NCBI GenBank assembly: GCA_015491865.1
Contig: WFVD01000007.1
Location: 5,994 to 69,993 of the forward strand
Length of the DNA stretch: 64,000 nucleotides
From: Gammaproteobacteria bacterium
GTDB taxonomy: Bacteria > Pseudomonadota > Gammaproteobacteria > SZUA-140
Direction: 5' to 3'
The translations under genes were made by a program, and so were the position numbers. Positions within the stretch are counted from its first letter, which is position 1, and every line of letters starts with the position of its first letter. The notes under the pieces were generated by a model, which had not been told where the DNA came from, made no database searches, and saw only the letters and a program-made list of their open reading frames with translations. Positions 52,013 to 63,357 of the stretch are shown piece after piece.

Positions 52013-53133
52013 GCTTCCTGACTTACCTGTTTGATTACGCCAAAGCTCGCGCTACGACGGGTGCGATCCTGCACTTTACCGACCAGCTGCCCACAGGCTG
52101 CATCGATATCTTCACCACGCGTTTTACGACGGATGGTGACCAGCCCTGCGCTCATCAGTGTCTCCTGAAAACGGTCAATCACGGCTCGACTAGAAGGGTG
52201 GTAATCGGTTCCTGGAAAAGGGTTAAATGGAATCAGATTAACCTTCGAGGGGATTCCCTCCAGCAGTCTAACAAGCTGCTTCGCTTCGGCAACACTGTCG
52301 TTAACTCCTTCCAGCATGACATATTCAAAGGTCACTTTTCGATGCGGTTTATCATCGATATAACGGCGACACGCTGCTAGCAGCTCTTTGATTGGGTATT
52401 TCCTGTTGATCGGCACAATCTCGTCACGCAGTTCATCGTTCGTGGCGTGGAGTGAGACGGCAAGGCTCACGTCCGAGACCTCACGGAGTCGATCTAGCGC
52501 GGGCACAACCCCTGCTGTGCTCAATGTGATACGGCGCTTGGAGAGGCCATAAGCCATGTCATCCATCATCAGATCCATCGCGCTGACAACGTTGTCAAAG
52601 TTGAGTAGCGGCTCACCCATCCCCATCATCACCACATTGGTGATGGCGCGACTATCTTTCACCCCACCGCCCAGGGTACGGACGGCTACGCGAAGCTGAG
52701 AGATGATCTCATACACTTCCAGGTTACGGTTAAACCCCTGGCGTGCGGTAGAACAGAAACTGCACTTCAACGTGCAGCCAACCTGAGATGAAACACAGAG
52801 TGTACCGCGCCCACCTTCGGGAATGTAGACCGTTTCGATGCAGTTGCCGTCGGCCAACTTCAACAACCATTTGACTGTGCCATCTTCAGAGGCCTGCTCA
52901 TAAACGACTTCAGGCATCACAATTTCGCACGCTTGCTGCAAGCTGGCGCGTAGCGCCTTACCGAGATTGGTCATGGTTTCGATCTCATCGACACCGTGCT
53001 GATGGAGCCATTTCAGAAGCTGAGAAGCACGAAAGGCCTTCTCGCCACGCGCGGCGAAGAAGGCCTTCATTGCCTGCTGATCAAGATTCAGCAGATTAAC
53101 TTTGGATTGTCTCTCCAAGCGATCATTTCTCAA
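52009..53133 (-). CDS. rlmN: 23S rRNA/tRNA (adenine-C2)-methyltransferase RlmN
   Basis: Radical-SAM [10 protein letters not shown] and MGMGEPL; 374 aa. Confidence 0.96.
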   Translation of the reverse strand: MRNDRLERQSKVNLLNLDQQAMKAFFAARGEKAFRASQLLKWLHQHGVDEIETMTNLGKALRASLQQACEIVMPEVVYEQASEDGTVKWLLKLADGNCIETVYIPEGGRGTLCVSSQVGCTLKCSFCSTARQGFNRNLEVYEIISQLRVAVRTLGGGVKDSRAITNVVMMGMGEPLLNFDNVVSAMDLMMDDMAYGLSKRRITLSTAGVVPALDRLREVSDVSLAVSLHATNDELRDEIVPINRKYPIKELLAACRRYIDDKPHRKVTFEYVMLEGVNDSVAEAKQLVRLLEGIPSKVNLIPFNPFPGTDYHPSSRAVIDRFQETLMSAGLVTIRRKTRGEDIDAACGQLVGKVQDRTRRSASFGVIKQVSQEA

Positions 53134-53151
53134 TTAGCAAAGTGCCTCGTA

Positions 53152-53583
53152 TTAGCGGGTACGCGCGCACAGATCTGCTGGCTCAAAAAAGAATGCAATC
53201 TCATTCTGCGCTGTTTCTGCAGCATCAGAACCGTGAACGGCATTTTCATCGATGCTGCTCGCAAAGCGTTGGCGGATGGTACCTTCAGCCGCTTCCGCAG
53301 GGTTGGTGGCGCCCATTAGCTCACGATGTTTAAGAATTGCATTTTCACCCTCCAGCACCTGCACCATCACCGGGCCAGAGATCATAAAGCTCACCAGATC
53401 ATTAAAGAAAGGGCGCTCCTTATGCACCGCGTAAAAACCTTCCGCCTGCTCACGGCTAAGCTGCATCATTCTCGCTGCAATAATTTTCAGGCCACCCTTT
53501 TCAAAGCAGCTATAAATTTCACCGATGTGATTTTTGGCCACTGCATCAGGTTTAATAATGGATAAGGTACGCTCGATGGACAT
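53152..53583 (-). CDS. ndk: nucleoside-diphosphate kinase
   Basis: [15 protein letters not shown]... with the active-site NAVHGSD; 143 aa. Confidence 0.98.
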   Translation of the reverse strand: MSIERTLSIIKPDAVAKNHIGEIYSCFEKGGLKIIAARMMQLSREQAEGFYAVHKERPFFNDLVSFMISGPVMVQVLEGENAILKHRELMGATNPAEAAEGTIRQRFASSIDENAVHGSDAAETAQNEIAFFFEPADLCARTR

Positions 53584-53619
53584 GAAATGATTACTCCGCG
53601 ATATGCTCTAAATAACAGC

Positions 53620-53640
53620 AAACCCGCACGGGGCGGGTTT
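53620..53640 (-). terminator. hairpin downstream of iscX (probable isc operon terminator)
   Basis: AAACCCGC/GCGGGTTT 8-bp stem with a 5-nt loop. On the minus strand it is followed by GCTGTTATTT, a weak U tract. Confidence 0.45.
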
Positions 53641-53717
53641 GCATAACCGAATTAATCAGTCATTTTAACGCTTTAGCCTGTTTCAAGCAATCTTGCCACC
53701 TGACCGAGAGTCACTGA

Positions 53718-53918
53718 CTACTCGCGCTCCTCAATCCAAGCCATCTGAATCGCTTCCAGAATGCGTTCACCGCAATGTGCCGGGTCATCATCGAACCCTT
53801 CAAGTGACTGGACCCACTCAGAAAGATCAACGAAACGCACCGTCAGCGGATCAGTATCCGGGTATTTCTCATCCAGCGCTAGCGCAATTTCAAGGGAATC
53901 TGTCCACCTTAACTCCAT
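53718..53918 (-). CDS. iscX: Fe-S cluster assembly protein IscX
   Basis: MELRWTDSLEIALALDEKYPDTDP...; 66 aa, downstream of fdx. Confidence 0.93.
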   Translation of the reverse strand: MELRWTDSLEIALALDEKYPDTDPLTVRFVDLSEWVQSLEGFDDDPAHCGERILEAIQMAWIEERE

Positions 53919-53944
53919 GACATCGCCTCCATTATACGAGCAGA

Positions 53945-54283
53945 TTAATGCTGCTCTGAGACCATATTGATGGTATATTTGGGGATCTCAACCACCAGAT
54001 CCTTATCCGACACCACCGTCTGACAGCTAAGACGTGAGTCGGGGTCAAGCCCCCACGCTTTGTCGAGCATGTCATCTTCTAACTCACTAGCCTCATTTAA
54101 TGACTCACCCCCTTCACGCACATAGACATGACAGGTTGTGCAGGCACAGGACATCTCACAGGCGTGCTCTATTGCAATATCATTTTCCAGTGCAATATCG
54201 CAGATGGTTTTGCCAGTTTCAGCCTCAATCACTGCCCCTTCAGGGCAGAGCTCTTCGTGGGGTAAAAAAATAAGTTTTGGCAT
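53945..54283 (-). CDS. fdx: ISC system 2Fe-2S ferredoxin
   Basis: Cys ligands in CEMSCACTTCHV plus a downstream C; 112 aa. Confidence 0.96.
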   Translation of the reverse strand: MPKLIFLPHEELCPEGAVIEAETGKTICDIALENDIAIEHACEMSCACTTCHVYVREGGESLNEASELEDDMLDKAWGLDPDSRLSCQTVVSDKDLVVEIPKYTINMVSEQH

Positions 54284-54309
54284 CGCTCTATTCCGCGTTC
54301 ACAGGTGAT

Positions 54310-56187
54310 TTAGTCAATGATCTGGTCGAGCAGTTTACCCGACAGCGCTTCATTAATATGGACATTCATGCGCCGCGCAGCGAAGTCACTGGTGACACGC
54401 TCCAGTTTATCGTGGACAGCTTTAATCAGCGCAATATCTTCACTCTGAATTTTATCTTTCAGGGTCGTTAGCGCCGCTTTGATGGTGACACACTCTTTAT
54501 TTGTCAGCATACCATCGGCATCCATCTTCAGTGCCGCTTCGACCGCCTCAATCAGACGTGCGGAATCAACCAGCTGCTCGTGCAGGCGGCGCTTTTTGAC
54601 ATCCTCTGCGGCATAAAGCAGCGAATCGGCCAGCATCTTCTCAACCTCACTATCCGTCAGCCCGTACGAGGGCTTGATTTCGATACTGCTTTCAACGCCG
54701 CTAGTGAGTTCCCTCGCCGAGACACTCAACAGCCCGTCGGCATCGACCTGGAAGGTGACACGAATACGTGCGGCGCCAGCATTCATCGGCGGAATGCCAC
54801 GCAGTTCAAAACGCGCGAGCGAGCGGCTGTCCGCCACTAGCTCACGTTCTCCCTGCAGGACATGGATCGACATCGCAGTCTGCCCATCTTTAAATGTGGT
54901 AAATTCCTGCGCCCTCACCACCGGGATCGTGGTGTTGCGTGGCACCAGCTTTTCAACCAACCCACCCATGGTTTCAATTCCCAGTGAAAGCGGAATGACA
55001 TCCAGCAGCAGCATCTCATCGCCAGGCTTATTCCCCACCAGGATATCGGCCTGTATCGCGGCACCGACGGCAACCACCTTGTCCGGATCAATATCAACCA
55101 TCGGCTCACGCCCAAAAAATTCAGCGACACATTCACGCACACGCGGTATCCGGGTGGAGCCGCCGACCATCACGACATCCTGAATATCATCGGTGGTCAA
55201 TCCTGCGTCACGCAATGCACGACGACAGGGGCGCAGTGTGCGCAGAATCAGCGGATCTATTAACGCCTCAAAATCAGCGCGTGTCAGCACTCCCTGCCAC
55301 GCTTTACCCGTCTGCGTATCAATAGAGAGTTGAACGCTAGCGGCCGTTGTTAAGGCCTCTTTTGCACGGTTGGCCTCACCGATGATGCGTCGTAAATGGT
55401 GATGCTCGATCTCTCCAGTCAGACCCGCCTCGGCCAGCAGCCACTCGGCCAGCAGTCGATCCACATCATCACCACCCAGGGCAGAGTCACCAGCCGTTGC
55501 CATCACCTCAAATACACCACGACTAAAGCGTAAGATAGAGACATCAAAGGTGCCGCCACCAAAGTCATACACCACATGTATCCCTTCCGAACCGCTATCA
55601 AGCCCATACGCAACAGCGGCGGCCGTCGGCTCATTTAACAGCCTTAACACTTTAAGCCCGGCGAGGCGTGCCGCATCTTTGGTCGCCTGACGCTGTGCAT
55701 CATCAAAATAAGCGGGAACGGTAATCACAGCCCCATCAAGCTCACCGCCTAAATCGGCCTCAGCCTGCTCCATCAGTTTTTTAAGAATCTCAGCGGAAAC
55801 GGCTACCGGGCTAATGTTACCAGCAACTGTTTTGATGTATGGCATACCACAGTCAGAGCTGGAAAACTCATACGGCAGTCTGTTCGCAGTCATTTCGATA
55901 TCTGCCACTCCTCGTCCCAGCAGCCGTTTTGCTGATGCGATGGTATTTAACGGATCCTGGTACGCTGCATCTTTTGCTTCCTGCCCGACAACGGGAGGTG
56001 CATCGGCAAAGTAACGCACTACAGATGGGCAGTGGTAGTCGCCATACTCATTAACCAGCGTTTCTGCATGGCCGTCGCGCACCGTTGCCACCAGTGAATT
56101 GGTGGTACCAAGGTCGATACCCACAGCGAGGTGGTGCTGCCGCTGCAGTTGGGTCTCACCTGGTTCACTTATCTGAAACAACACCAT
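54310..56187 (-). CDS. hscA: Fe-S protein assembly chaperone HscA
   Basis: Hsp70 signature [12 protein letters not shown]; 625 aa, within the isc operon. Confidence 0.97.
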   Translation of the reverse strand: MVLFQISEPGETQLQRQHHLAVGIDLGTTNSLVATVRDGHAETLVNEYGDYHCPSVVRYFADAPPVVGQEAKDAAYQDPLNTIASAKRLLGRGVADIEMTANRLPYEFSSSDCGMPYIKTVAGNISPVAVSAEILKKLMEQAEADLGGELDGAVITVPAYFDDAQRQATKDAARLAGLKVLRLLNEPTAAAVAYGLDSGSEGIHVVYDFGGGTFDVSILRFSRGVFEVMATAGDSALGGDDVDRLLAEWLLAEAGLTGEIEHHHLRRIIGEANRAKEALTTAASVQLSIDTQTGKAWQGVLTRADFEALIDPLILRTLRPCRRALRDAGLTTDDIQDVVMVGGSTRIPRVRECVAEFFGREPMVDIDPDKVVAVGAAIQADILVGNKPGDEMLLLDVIPLSLGIETMGGLVEKLVPRNTTIPVVRAQEFTTFKDGQTAMSIHVLQGERELVADSRSLARFELRGIPPMNAGAARIRVTFQVDADGLLSVSARELTSGVESSIEIKPSYGLTDSEVEKMLADSLLYAAEDVKKRRLHEQLVDSARLIEAVEAALKMDADGMLTNKECVTIKAALTTLKDKIQSEDIALIKAVHDKLERVTSDFAARRMNVHINEALSGKLLDQIID

Positions 56188-56244
56188 AATCTAATTCAAT
56201 ATCCTTTACTCAACTGATGAGCGAATCCGCAAGAGCGGTTGGCA

Positions 56245-56781
56245 CTAGCTGAGTACATCTTCAATCTCGTCCAGCTCATCATTTAATCGGGAAATAAACT
56301 GCATCTCATCATACAGACGGTGCGCCTTTTCCAGCGCGCCAGGGGATTCGTCCAGAAATGCATCCTCCAGTGCCAGCTGCAACCCCATCAATCGTTTCTG
56401 CAGCTCCCCTGCCAGCGTCATTAATGCTCGCCCGGGGTTGGCTCCCTGACGCGCCTCTTCCAGACGCTCGCGCAGCTCGATCTGCTCGGTTAGAAACGCA
56501 ATATCTTTACTGGTCACCGAATCATCAATATCAACGCCTCGCTGCTGTAACAGATAGCGCGCCCGCATCAAAGGAGACTTTAAAACATTATAGGCCTCGT
56601 TGATCAATGCTGTCAGCTGCACTGACATTCTGCGCTCTTTTTCGGTTGCATTGACAAAGCGGTCGGGATGAATCAACCCCTGCATATCCCGGTAACGCTG
56701 TGTCAGCGCATCACAATCAATATCGTAGACAGCAGGGAAATTAAACAGCTGAAAATAATCTTTGGAAAAAAAGGATTCCAT
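56245..56781 (-). CDS. hscB: Fe-S protein assembly co-chaperone HscB
   Basis: J-domain with HPDRF; 178 aa. Confidence 0.95.
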   Translation of the reverse strand: MESFFSKDYFQLFNFPAVYDIDCDALTQRYRDMQGLIHPDRFVNATEKERRMSVQLTALINEAYNVLKSPLMRARYLLQQRGVDIDDSVTSKDIAFLTEQIELRERLEEARQGANPGRALMTLAGELQKRLMGLQLALEDAFLDESPGALEKAHRLYDEMQFISRLNDELDEIEDVLS

Positions 56782-56811
56782 CGTACGCGAAGTCTATTTT
56801 ACAGCCAGCAA

Positions 56812-57135
56812 TCAGACTGTAAAACTCTCACCACAACCGCAGGTATCGGCGACATTTGGATTATTGAATTTAAACCCTTCGTTTAACCCTTCACGCGTGT
56901 AATCAAGCTCGGTGCCATCGAGATAGAGCAGGCTTTTAGGATCGACAATCACCTTAACACCGTGATCTTCAATCACCACATCATCTTTCTCTATCTCATC
57001 TGCCACTTCAAAGACGTAGGCATAACCAGAGCAGCCAGATGTTTTGACACCCAGACGCAGGCCGATGCCTTTACCACGTGTTTTGAGGTAACCGTTAATA
57101 TGTTTCGCTGCTGACTCTGTTAACGTAATTCCCAT
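56812..57135 (-). CDS. iscA: iron-sulfur cluster insertion protein IscA
   Basis: GCSGYAY... and C-terminal CGCGESF; 107 aa. Confidence 0.96.
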   Translation of the reverse strand: MGITLTESAAKHINGYLKTRGKGIGLRLGVKTSGCSGYAYVFEVADEIEKDDVVIEDHGVKVIVDPKSLLYLDGTELDYTREGLNEGFKFNNPNVADTCGCGESFTV

Positions 57136-57177
57136 AACTCTCTTTCTCTAAAAACAGACAACATCGACAAACGGCAG

Positions 57178-57597
57178 CTAACTGCCGTCAGCGGCCTTTT
57201 CAGCTGCTTCAGCGGCCGTGCCGCCTTTACTATTGTAATCTTCAATTGCCGCTTTAATCGCATCTTCCGCCAGCACTGAACAATGAATCTTTACCGGCGG
57301 CAGGGCCAGCTCTTCCGCAAGTTCAGTATTCTTGATTTCACTCGCCTGCTGCAATGTTTTACCTTTAACCCACTCGGTCAGGAGTGAGCTAGAGGCGATC
57401 GCAGAGCCGCAACCGTAAGTTTTAAACCGGGCATCTTCAATCACCCCATCATCACTCACCTTAATCTGCAGCTTCATCACGTCACCACAGGCGGGAGCAC
57501 CGACCATACCAGTACCCACTGCACTGTCGTCTTTTTCAAACGAGCCCACATTCCGCGGGTTCTCGTAGTGGTCCATAACTTTATCACTATATGCCAT
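57178..57597 (-). CDS. iscU: Fe-S cluster assembly scaffold IscU
   Basis: GAPACGDVM, YGCGSAIASS, LPPVKIHCSVLAEDA. Confidence 0.97.
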   Translation of the reverse strand: MAYSDKVMDHYENPRNVGSFEKDDSAVGTGMVGAPACGDVMKLQIKVSDDGVIEDARFKTYGCGSAIASSSLLTEWVKGKTLQQASEIKNTELAEELALPPVKIHCSVLAEDAIKAAIEDYNSKGGTAAEAAEKAADGS

Positions 57598-57617
57598 CTT
57601 TTACTCTCCTGGCGGGC

Positions 57618-58844
57618 TTAATGTGCTGCCCACTGAACTTTTGATAGATCAACACCATCTTTATACATCTCCCACAGCGGTGAGAGCTCTCTAAGCTTTT
57701 CAACTTTTTTCCGCACCAGCTCAATGGTGTAATCGACGTCCGCTTCGGTCGTGAAACGCCCCAGTGAGAAGCGGATCGAACTGTGCGCCAGCTCATCTTC
57801 ACGGCCCAATGCTCGCAACACATATGAGGGTTCAAGGCTCGCCGAAGTACAGGCAGACCCGGAAGAGACCGCGATATCTTTTAGCGCCATAATTAACGAC
57901 TCGCCTTCCACAAAATTAAAACTGATATTCAACACCCCGGCCACATGGTGTGATAGATCACCATTCACATAGATCTCTTCCATATCGCTAAAACCACTCA
58001 TCAATCTTTCACGCAATGCCAGTAGCCGTGCCGATTCTGCCGCCATCTCTTCTTTAGCGATCCGAAATGCTTCGCCCATTCCTACGATCTGATGCACCGC
58101 CAGGGTACCGGAACGCATACCGCGCTCATGTCCACCACCATGCATCTGCGCTTCGATGCGAATGCGCGGTTTACGGCGCACATACAGTGCGCCAATCCCT
58201 TTAGGGCCATAGACCTTATGAGCAGAGAATGACATCAGATCAACCTTCATCTTCTCAAGATCGATCTCTATTTTGCCGGCACTCTGTGCCGCATCGCAAT
58301 GAAAGATCACACCCTTATTACGCGCCAGTTCTCCAATCGCAGCGATATCCTGTACTACACCCGTCTCATTGTTGACATGCATAATCGAGATCAGAATCGT
58401 ATCTTCACGAATGGCCTCTTCCAGCACTTTCATATTGATCAGGCCACTACTTTCAACATCCAGATAGGTCACTTCGTAACCTTCGCGTTCTAGCTGGCGA
58501 CAGGTATCAAGTACCGCTTTATGCTCTGTTTTACAGGTGATGATGTGCTTACCTTTTTTCCTGTAAAAATGAGCCACGCCCTTGATGGCCAGATTGTCTG
58601 ATTCAGTAGCACCGGAGGTCCAGACAATCTCTCTTGGATCTGCATTCACCAGCGCCGCCACATGCCCTCGTGCAATTTTTACATCCTCATCCGCTTTCCA
58701 GCCAAAGATATGTGAGCGCGAGGCGGGGTTTCCGAAATCACCATCCATCGTCAAACAGGCCATCATCTTCTCTGCCACGCGCGGATCTGCTGGCGTAGTT
58801 GCAGCATAATCCAGATAAACCGGCACTCTTTCACTCTTGCTCAT
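57618..58844 (-). CDS. iscS: cysteine desulfurase IscS
   Basis: PLP lysine [12 protein letters not shown], active-site loop [17 protein letters not shown] and the IscS-type C-terminal tail (...LSKVQWAAH); 408 aa. Confidence 0.96.
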   Translation of the reverse strand: MSKSERVPVYLDYAATTPADPRVAEKMMACLTMDGDFGNPASRSHIFGWKADEDVKIARGHVAALVNADPREIVWTSGATESDNLAIKGVAHFYRKKGKHIITCKTEHKAVLDTCRQLEREGYEVTYLDVESSGLINMKVLEEAIREDTILISIMHVNNETGVVQDIAAIGELARNKGVIFHCDAAQSAGKIEIDLEKMKVDLMSFSAHKVYGPKGIGALYVRRKPRIRIEAQMHGGGHERGMRSGTLAVHQIVGMGEAFRIAKEEMAAESARLLALRERLMSGFSDMEEIYVNGDLSHHVAGVLNISFNFVEGESLIMALKDIAVSSGSACTSASLEPSYVLRALGREDELAHSSIRFSLGRFTTEADVDYTIELVRKKVEKLRELSPLWEMYKDGVDLSKVQWAAH

Positions 58845-58896
58845 ATTTTCTCAGTCATCCCTTAAACACATTCAACACTCAAAACCAGAGCCGCCT

Positions 58897-60048
58897 TTAC
58901 GCCCAGCCACTATTCAATTTCAATAAACTTTCGATCTGTCGCTGTAACGATCTAATAAGGAGGTCAACCTCTTCAACCGTATTCCGGCTTCCAAAACTCA
59001 CACGTATCGCGCCGTGCGCCAGCCCCTCTTCAACACCCATCGCAAGCAGTACGTGGCTAGGCTTACCACTCCCACTGGTACAGGCAGAGCCGCTTGAAAC
59101 TGCGATACCATCACGATCCAGGCTCATCAGCAGGGTTTCCCCTTCGATTCCTTTAACCGCGAAAAAAAGGGTATTAGACAACCGTGTTGCCTGACGCGAA
59201 AAAACCACTACATGCACCATCTTCAGCAGTGCCAGCTCTGCACGCTGGCGCAACCGTTCACAATGATCAGTGCGCTGACTCAATCCAGACTGCATCAACT
59301 CCGCAGCCATACCAAAACCAACAATCCCGGCTACATTTTCTGTGCCGGCACGCAATCCCGTTTCATGAACGCCGCCGTGCGACATCGGCTGCAATGCCAG
59401 TCCCTTCTCAACCACCAGCGCACCGACCCCCTTGGGACCGTGGATTTTATGCGCCGACAGGCTCATTGCCGCCACACCGAGGGCGCTAAAATCAATCTCG
59501 AGCTTGCCTGCCGCCTGCACGGCATCGGTATGCATTCGCACGCCGTACGCACTGGCGACTCTACTTAACTGCGCAATATCCTGCACCGCGCCGGTTTCAT
59601 TGTTGGCCAGCATCACTGAGGCCAGGGCCACGTTCTCCTTGCTCACCGCCTGCTCAAACGCATCCGATTTTACCCTGCCCTCACCATCCACTCCCGCTAT
59701 TGCTAACGGGTAACCCGCAACCCGCAGTGCAGTGGCGGGCTGCAGCACCGATGAGTGTTCGATAGCACTAACCACCAATCCGCTATTTTCACCTGCCAGC
59801 GCCATTACACCTTTTAGTGCGAGGTTGTTGGCCTCGGTACCACCACTAGTGAAAATTACCTGCGTCGGCTGCACTCCAACCAGTGCCGCCACCTGTTCCC
59901 TTGCACGCTGTAACGCCTGCTGCGACTCTCGTCCAAAACGGTGCCCACTTGATGGATTACCATAACCGCCCTTTAGATAAGGAAGCATGGCATCAAGCAC
60001 TCGATCGTCTACAGGTGTCGTCGCATTATAATCCAGGTAAATGGACAT
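58897..60048 (-). CDS. second class-I (NifS-like) cysteine desulfurase lacking the IscS C-terminal tail
   Basis: MSIYLDYNATTPVD..., PLP lysine SLSAHKIHGPKG, active-site [17 protein letters not shown]; 383 aa. Sits between iscR and iscS. Confidence 0.88.
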   Translation of the reverse strand: MSIYLDYNATTPVDDRVLDAMLPYLKGGYGNPSSGHRFGRESQQALQRAREQVAALVGVQPTQVIFTSGGTEANNLALKGVMALAGENSGLVVSAIEHSSVLQPATALRVAGYPLAIAGVDGEGRVKSDAFEQAVSKENVALASVMLANNETGAVQDIAQLSRVASAYGVRMHTDAVQAAGKLEIDFSALGVAAMSLSAHKIHGPKGVGALVVEKGLALQPMSHGGVHETGLRAGTENVAGIVGFGMAAELMQSGLSQRTDHCERLRQRAELALLKMVHVVVFSRQATRLSNTLFFAVKGIEGETLLMSLDRDGIAVSSGSACTSGSGKPSHVLLAMGVEEGLAHGAIRVSFGSRNTVEEVDLLIRSLQRQIESLLKLNSGWA

Positions 60049-60078
60049 ATATCCTAAGCTGCTGCCACCTCCAGCAGG

Positions 60079-60573
60079 CTAGTTTGCGCTACTACTACTC
60101 GCAACGGATGCAAAGGTCGCATTCTGGCTCTGCTTCTGCAGGTTATCCTGACGCATGGCAATGTCCTTAACCGCGTTACGCTCCACCAGCTGCCCCAGAC
60201 TGATATTCTCGAGGAACTCATATAGCTGGCGACTCAGGTCTGACCACAGTTCATGGGTTAGGCACGGTTTACCATCCTGACAGTTACCCATGCCACCACA
60301 ACGGGTCGCATCAACCTTTTCATCAATCGCCGTCACAACATCCGCTACCGCGATCTCATTGGAATCTCTACTTAAACGGTAACCACCACCTGGGCCACGC
60401 GCGCTATCAACTAACCCCTGCTTGCGCAGCTTCGCAAACAGCTGCTCAAGATAGGAGAGCGAAATCCCCTGGCGCTGTGAAATATCAGCAAGCGGAACCG
60501 GGCCTTCTTGCGCGTGAAGCGCTAAATCCAGCATCGCAGTGACTGCATAGCGTCCTTTTGTCGTCAGTTTCAT
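60079..60573 (-). CDS. iscR: Fe-S cluster assembly transcriptional regulator IscR
   Basis: Rrf2 w[22 protein letters not shown] and cluster ligands in [16 protein letters not shown]. Confidence 0.95.
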   Translation of the reverse strand: MKLTTKGRYAVTAMLDLALHAQEGPVPLADISQRQGISLSYLEQLFAKLRKQGLVDSARGPGGGYRLSRDSNEIAVADVVTAIDEKVDATRCGGMGNCQDGKPCLTHELWSDLSRQLYEFLENISLGQLVERNAVKDIAMRQDNLQKQSQNATFASVASSSSAN

Positions 60574-60607
60574 ATCTTTCTACCTTTGTAATTGTAAGGT
60601 AATAAGC

Positions 60608-60635
60608 ATTCTACATTGTTGATTGTTTTAGTCAA
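60608..60635 (-). promoter_or_regulatory. candidate sigma70 promoter of iscR (TTGACT-N16-TAGAAT)
   Basis: On the minus strand the -35 is at 60630-35 and the -10 at 60608-13, about 35 nt upstream of the iscR ATG. The site overlaps an AT-rich region where IscR autoregulatory sites usually sit. Confidence 0.5.
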
Positions 60636-60638
60636 GAT

Positions 60639-61451
60639 TTAATTGTCGATCTTAACAGCACCCTCACCCCCCTCTCTCTTCGAGTGAGATGGTTCTTTTT
60701 TACCCACTGAATCAATGTCATACAATTCAAGTGCAGGCAATGGTGAGGCATCAACATCGGCACCCATCTTCTTAAGCGCTGCATTGGCCGCCTCTAACTT
60801 TTCATCCATCGCATGAATATGGTCAAGCATGCAGTTGACTGCGTTAGCGACAGGGTCTGCCGCATCCTGCGAGACACCATACGCATCGAAGCCGATCTTT
60901 TTGGCAAACTCACGGCGCTTTCTGGCATCAGCATCTTTGCTGCTGCGCGCCACATGCCCCGGCACGCCGATCATCGTCGCTCCTGCTGGAACATCTTTAG
61001 CCACCACGGCGTTCGAACCGATACGTGCACCGTCATTGACCGTGATCGGCCCCAGCACCTTGGCACCCGCCCCCACCACCACATTGTTGGCCAACGTTGG
61101 ATGGCGCTTGCCTTTATCCCAACTGGTACCGCCCAGCGTCACACCGTGATAGAGCGTGCAGTCATCACCGATCTCGGCCGTCTCACCAATCACCACCCCC
61201 ATGCCGTGATCGATAAAAAAACGCCGCCCGATCTTTGCTGCCGGATGAATTTCAACCCCCGTCAACCAGCGCGCCATGGTGGAGAGCATGCGCGCCAACC
61301 AGGTCAGGCCAAAGTTCCACAGCCAGTGGCTACAGCGATGAAAGATCACCGCATGTACGCCGGGGTAGGTGGTTAGCACCTCAAAGGTATTGCGCGCGGC
61401 CGGGTCTCGCTCAAACACACATTTAATATCTTCTCGCACACGCTCAAACAT
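60639..61451 (-). CDS. cysE: serine O-acetyltransferase
   Basis: [26 protein letters not shown]... and left-handed beta-helix hexapeptide repeats. ATG 61451 is preferred over the track GTG at 61475. Confidence 0.93.
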   Translation of the reverse strand: MFERVREDIKCVFERDPAARNTFEVLTTYPGVHAVIFHRCSHWLWNFGLTWLARMLSTMARWLTGVEIHPAAKIGRRFFIDHGMGVVIGETAEIGDDCTLYHGVTLGGTSWDKGKRHPTLANNVVVGAGAKVLGPITVNDGARIGSNAVVAKDVPAGATMIGVPGHVARSSKDADARKRREFAKKIGFDAYGVSQDAADPVANAVNCMLDHIHAMDEKLEAANAALKKMGADVDASPLPALELYDIDSVGKKEPSHSKREGGEGAVKIDN

Positions 61452-61599
61452 GGTTGTTTCCAATAAATTTTCCACTCATAAGACACCTACCAAGAGTTTA
61501 ACACAGCACTTGAAGATCACCGAAAAAGCCATCTATTTTTAACTACTTAAACAGTAAACGAATAATCAGCCAGAACCCCGACAAGATGAAAAACAGAGC

Positions 61600-62334
61600 T
61601 CAGTGGCGCTTCTGCACCGCGCTCAATATTCCACGCAGGATATTTAACTCCTGCTTTTCGAGTCGAGCGCGATTATAGAGCCGCCGCAGGCGATGCATCA
61701 GGAACTTGGGTCTGGCTGGATCAAGAAAGCCGCTCTCCACCATAACCGTTTCTAAATGAGTATAAAACTGCTCAACCTCATCCATCGTGGCCAGCTCAGC
61801 CGTATCAGCCGCTGGCCTGGATGCAACCCCACCTGGGTCGGTAGCACCCTCTACCAGCGTCATGCGCAATTCATAGGCGATCACCTGTATCGCCGCCGCG
61901 ATATTTAGCGACGGGTAGTCGGGATTGGTCGGTATATTGACCAGATAGTGACAGCGGCTTAGCTCAGCATTGGTCAGCCCCGAGTGTTCACGCCCAAAAA
62001 CAACGGCCACGGCACCACTAGCACTGGTCTCGGCCACCTTCGCCGCACACTGGCGCGGGTCGAGCTGCGGCCAGCTGATACTGCGTAGCCGCGCGCTGGC
62101 TCCCACCACTAGCGAACACCCCGTCAGCGCCTCATCCAGCGAATCACACACCACCGCCTTCGCCAGCAGGTCATCAGCGCCAGAGGCTCTTGAGCTCGCC
62201 TCCGCACTGGGAAACACCTTTGGCTCTACCAAATAAAGTGACGCTAACCCCATGTTTTTCATGGCGCGCGCAGCCGCCCCGATATTGCCCGGATGAGAAG
62301 TGTTAACCATCACGATTCTGATATTCTTAAACAT
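61600..62334 (-). CDS. trmJ: tRNA (cytidine/uridine-2'-O)-methyltransferase TrmJ
   Basis: SpoU/TrmH motifs NTSHPGNIGAAARAM and VFGREHSGL; 244 aa. Confidence 0.93.
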   Translation of the reverse strand: MFKNIRIVMVNTSHPGNIGAAARAMKNMGLASLYLVEPKVFPSAEASSRASGADDLLAKAVVCDSLDEALTGCSLVVGASARLRSISWPQLDPRQCAAKVAETSASGAVAVVFGREHSGLTNAELSRCHYLVNIPTNPDYPSLNIAAAIQVIAYELRMTLVEGATDPGGVASRPAADTAELATMDEVEQFYTHLETVMVESGFLDPARPKFLMHRLRRLYNRARLEKQELNILRGILSAVQKRH

Positions 62335-62487
62335 CGCGCCACCATACAGCCACTACACAGCTCCTATCAAGCGGATTTTCAACTGTAAACCAACGCTATT
62401 CGACTGTTCCGGATACCACCCAACAGGCAATTTCTGCTATTCTTAGCCCCCGTAGAAATTCCACATTCTGAAAGTGACCCCCAAACC

Positions 62488-63285
62488 ATGCATCCAACTC
62501 TAAATATCGCCGTACGTGCCGCAAGAAGTGCGGGCAGCATCATCATGCGAAACATGGATCGTATCGACACCCTGAATGTGACATCCAAGGGGAAGAATGA
62601 TTTTGTCTGCGATGTCGATAAGCAGGCAGAAGCGGAAATCGTCGCGACAATTCGTAAGGCGTTCCCGGATCACGGTATCTACGCCGAAGAGGGCTCTATG
62701 CATCAGGGGGATGAGTACCGCTGGATCATTGATCCGCTTGACGGCACCACCAACTATCTGCACGGCTTTCCGCAGTTTTCAGTCTCGATCGCACTCCAGT
62801 GTAACAACCGTATCGAACAGGCAGTGGTCTACAACCCTCTGCATCAGGAGCTCTTCACTGCAACACGGGGTGGCGGTGCGTTTATGAATGACAAACGCAT
62901 CCGCGTCAGCAATGCCAAAGGGCTTAAAGGGTCACTCCTCGGCACTGGGTTCCCATTTCGCCACCCACAATATCTCGATGCCTATCTGGAAACTTTCAAA
63001 GTGCTGCATCTGCAGACAGCCGGTATTCGCCGCGCCGGCTCTGCGGCGCTCGACCTGGCCCACGTCGCCAGTGGTCGGCTCGATGGTTTCTGGGAAATTG
63101 CGCTAAAACCGTGGGACATGGCGGCAGGCGTGCTGTTGATACAGGAAGCGGGCGGGCTGGTTGGTGATTTTAGCGGTGGCCATGATTTCCTGGAAACAGG
63201 CAATCTTGTGGCGGGTAACCCGAAGATTTTCAAGGCCATCCTTCAAGGCATTCAACCTCACCTGACAGCAGAACTCAAAAAATAA
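62488..63285 (+). CDS. suhB: inositol monophosphatase family protein SuhB
   Basis: WIIDPLDGTTNY and WDMAAG motifs. Divergent from trmJ, as in Pseudomonas. Confidence 0.95.
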   Translation: MHPTLNIAVRAARSAGSIIMRNMDRIDTLNVTSKGKNDFVCDVDKQAEAEIVATIRKAFPDHGIYAEEGSMHQGDEYRWIIDPLDGTTNYLHGFPQFSVSIALQCNNRIEQAVVYNPLHQELFTATRGGGAFMNDKRIRVSNAKGLKGSLLGTGFPFRHPQYLDAYLETFKVLHLQTAGIRRAGSAALDLAHVASGRLDGFWEIALKPWDMAAGVLLIQEAGGLVGDFSGGHDFLETGNLVAGNPKIFKAILQGIQPHLTAELKK

Positions 63286-63357
63286 TACGATTGAGCAGAT
63301 CTTCCCCTTAAGTTTCCCCCCTCGCAACCGACATATGGAAAGAACGAAGGAGAGGTT

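Noticed and set aside
60813-61376. 187-aa plus-strand ORF
   Set aside because: It is antisense to cysE. The hexapeptide-repeat DNA there keeps the opposite frames open.
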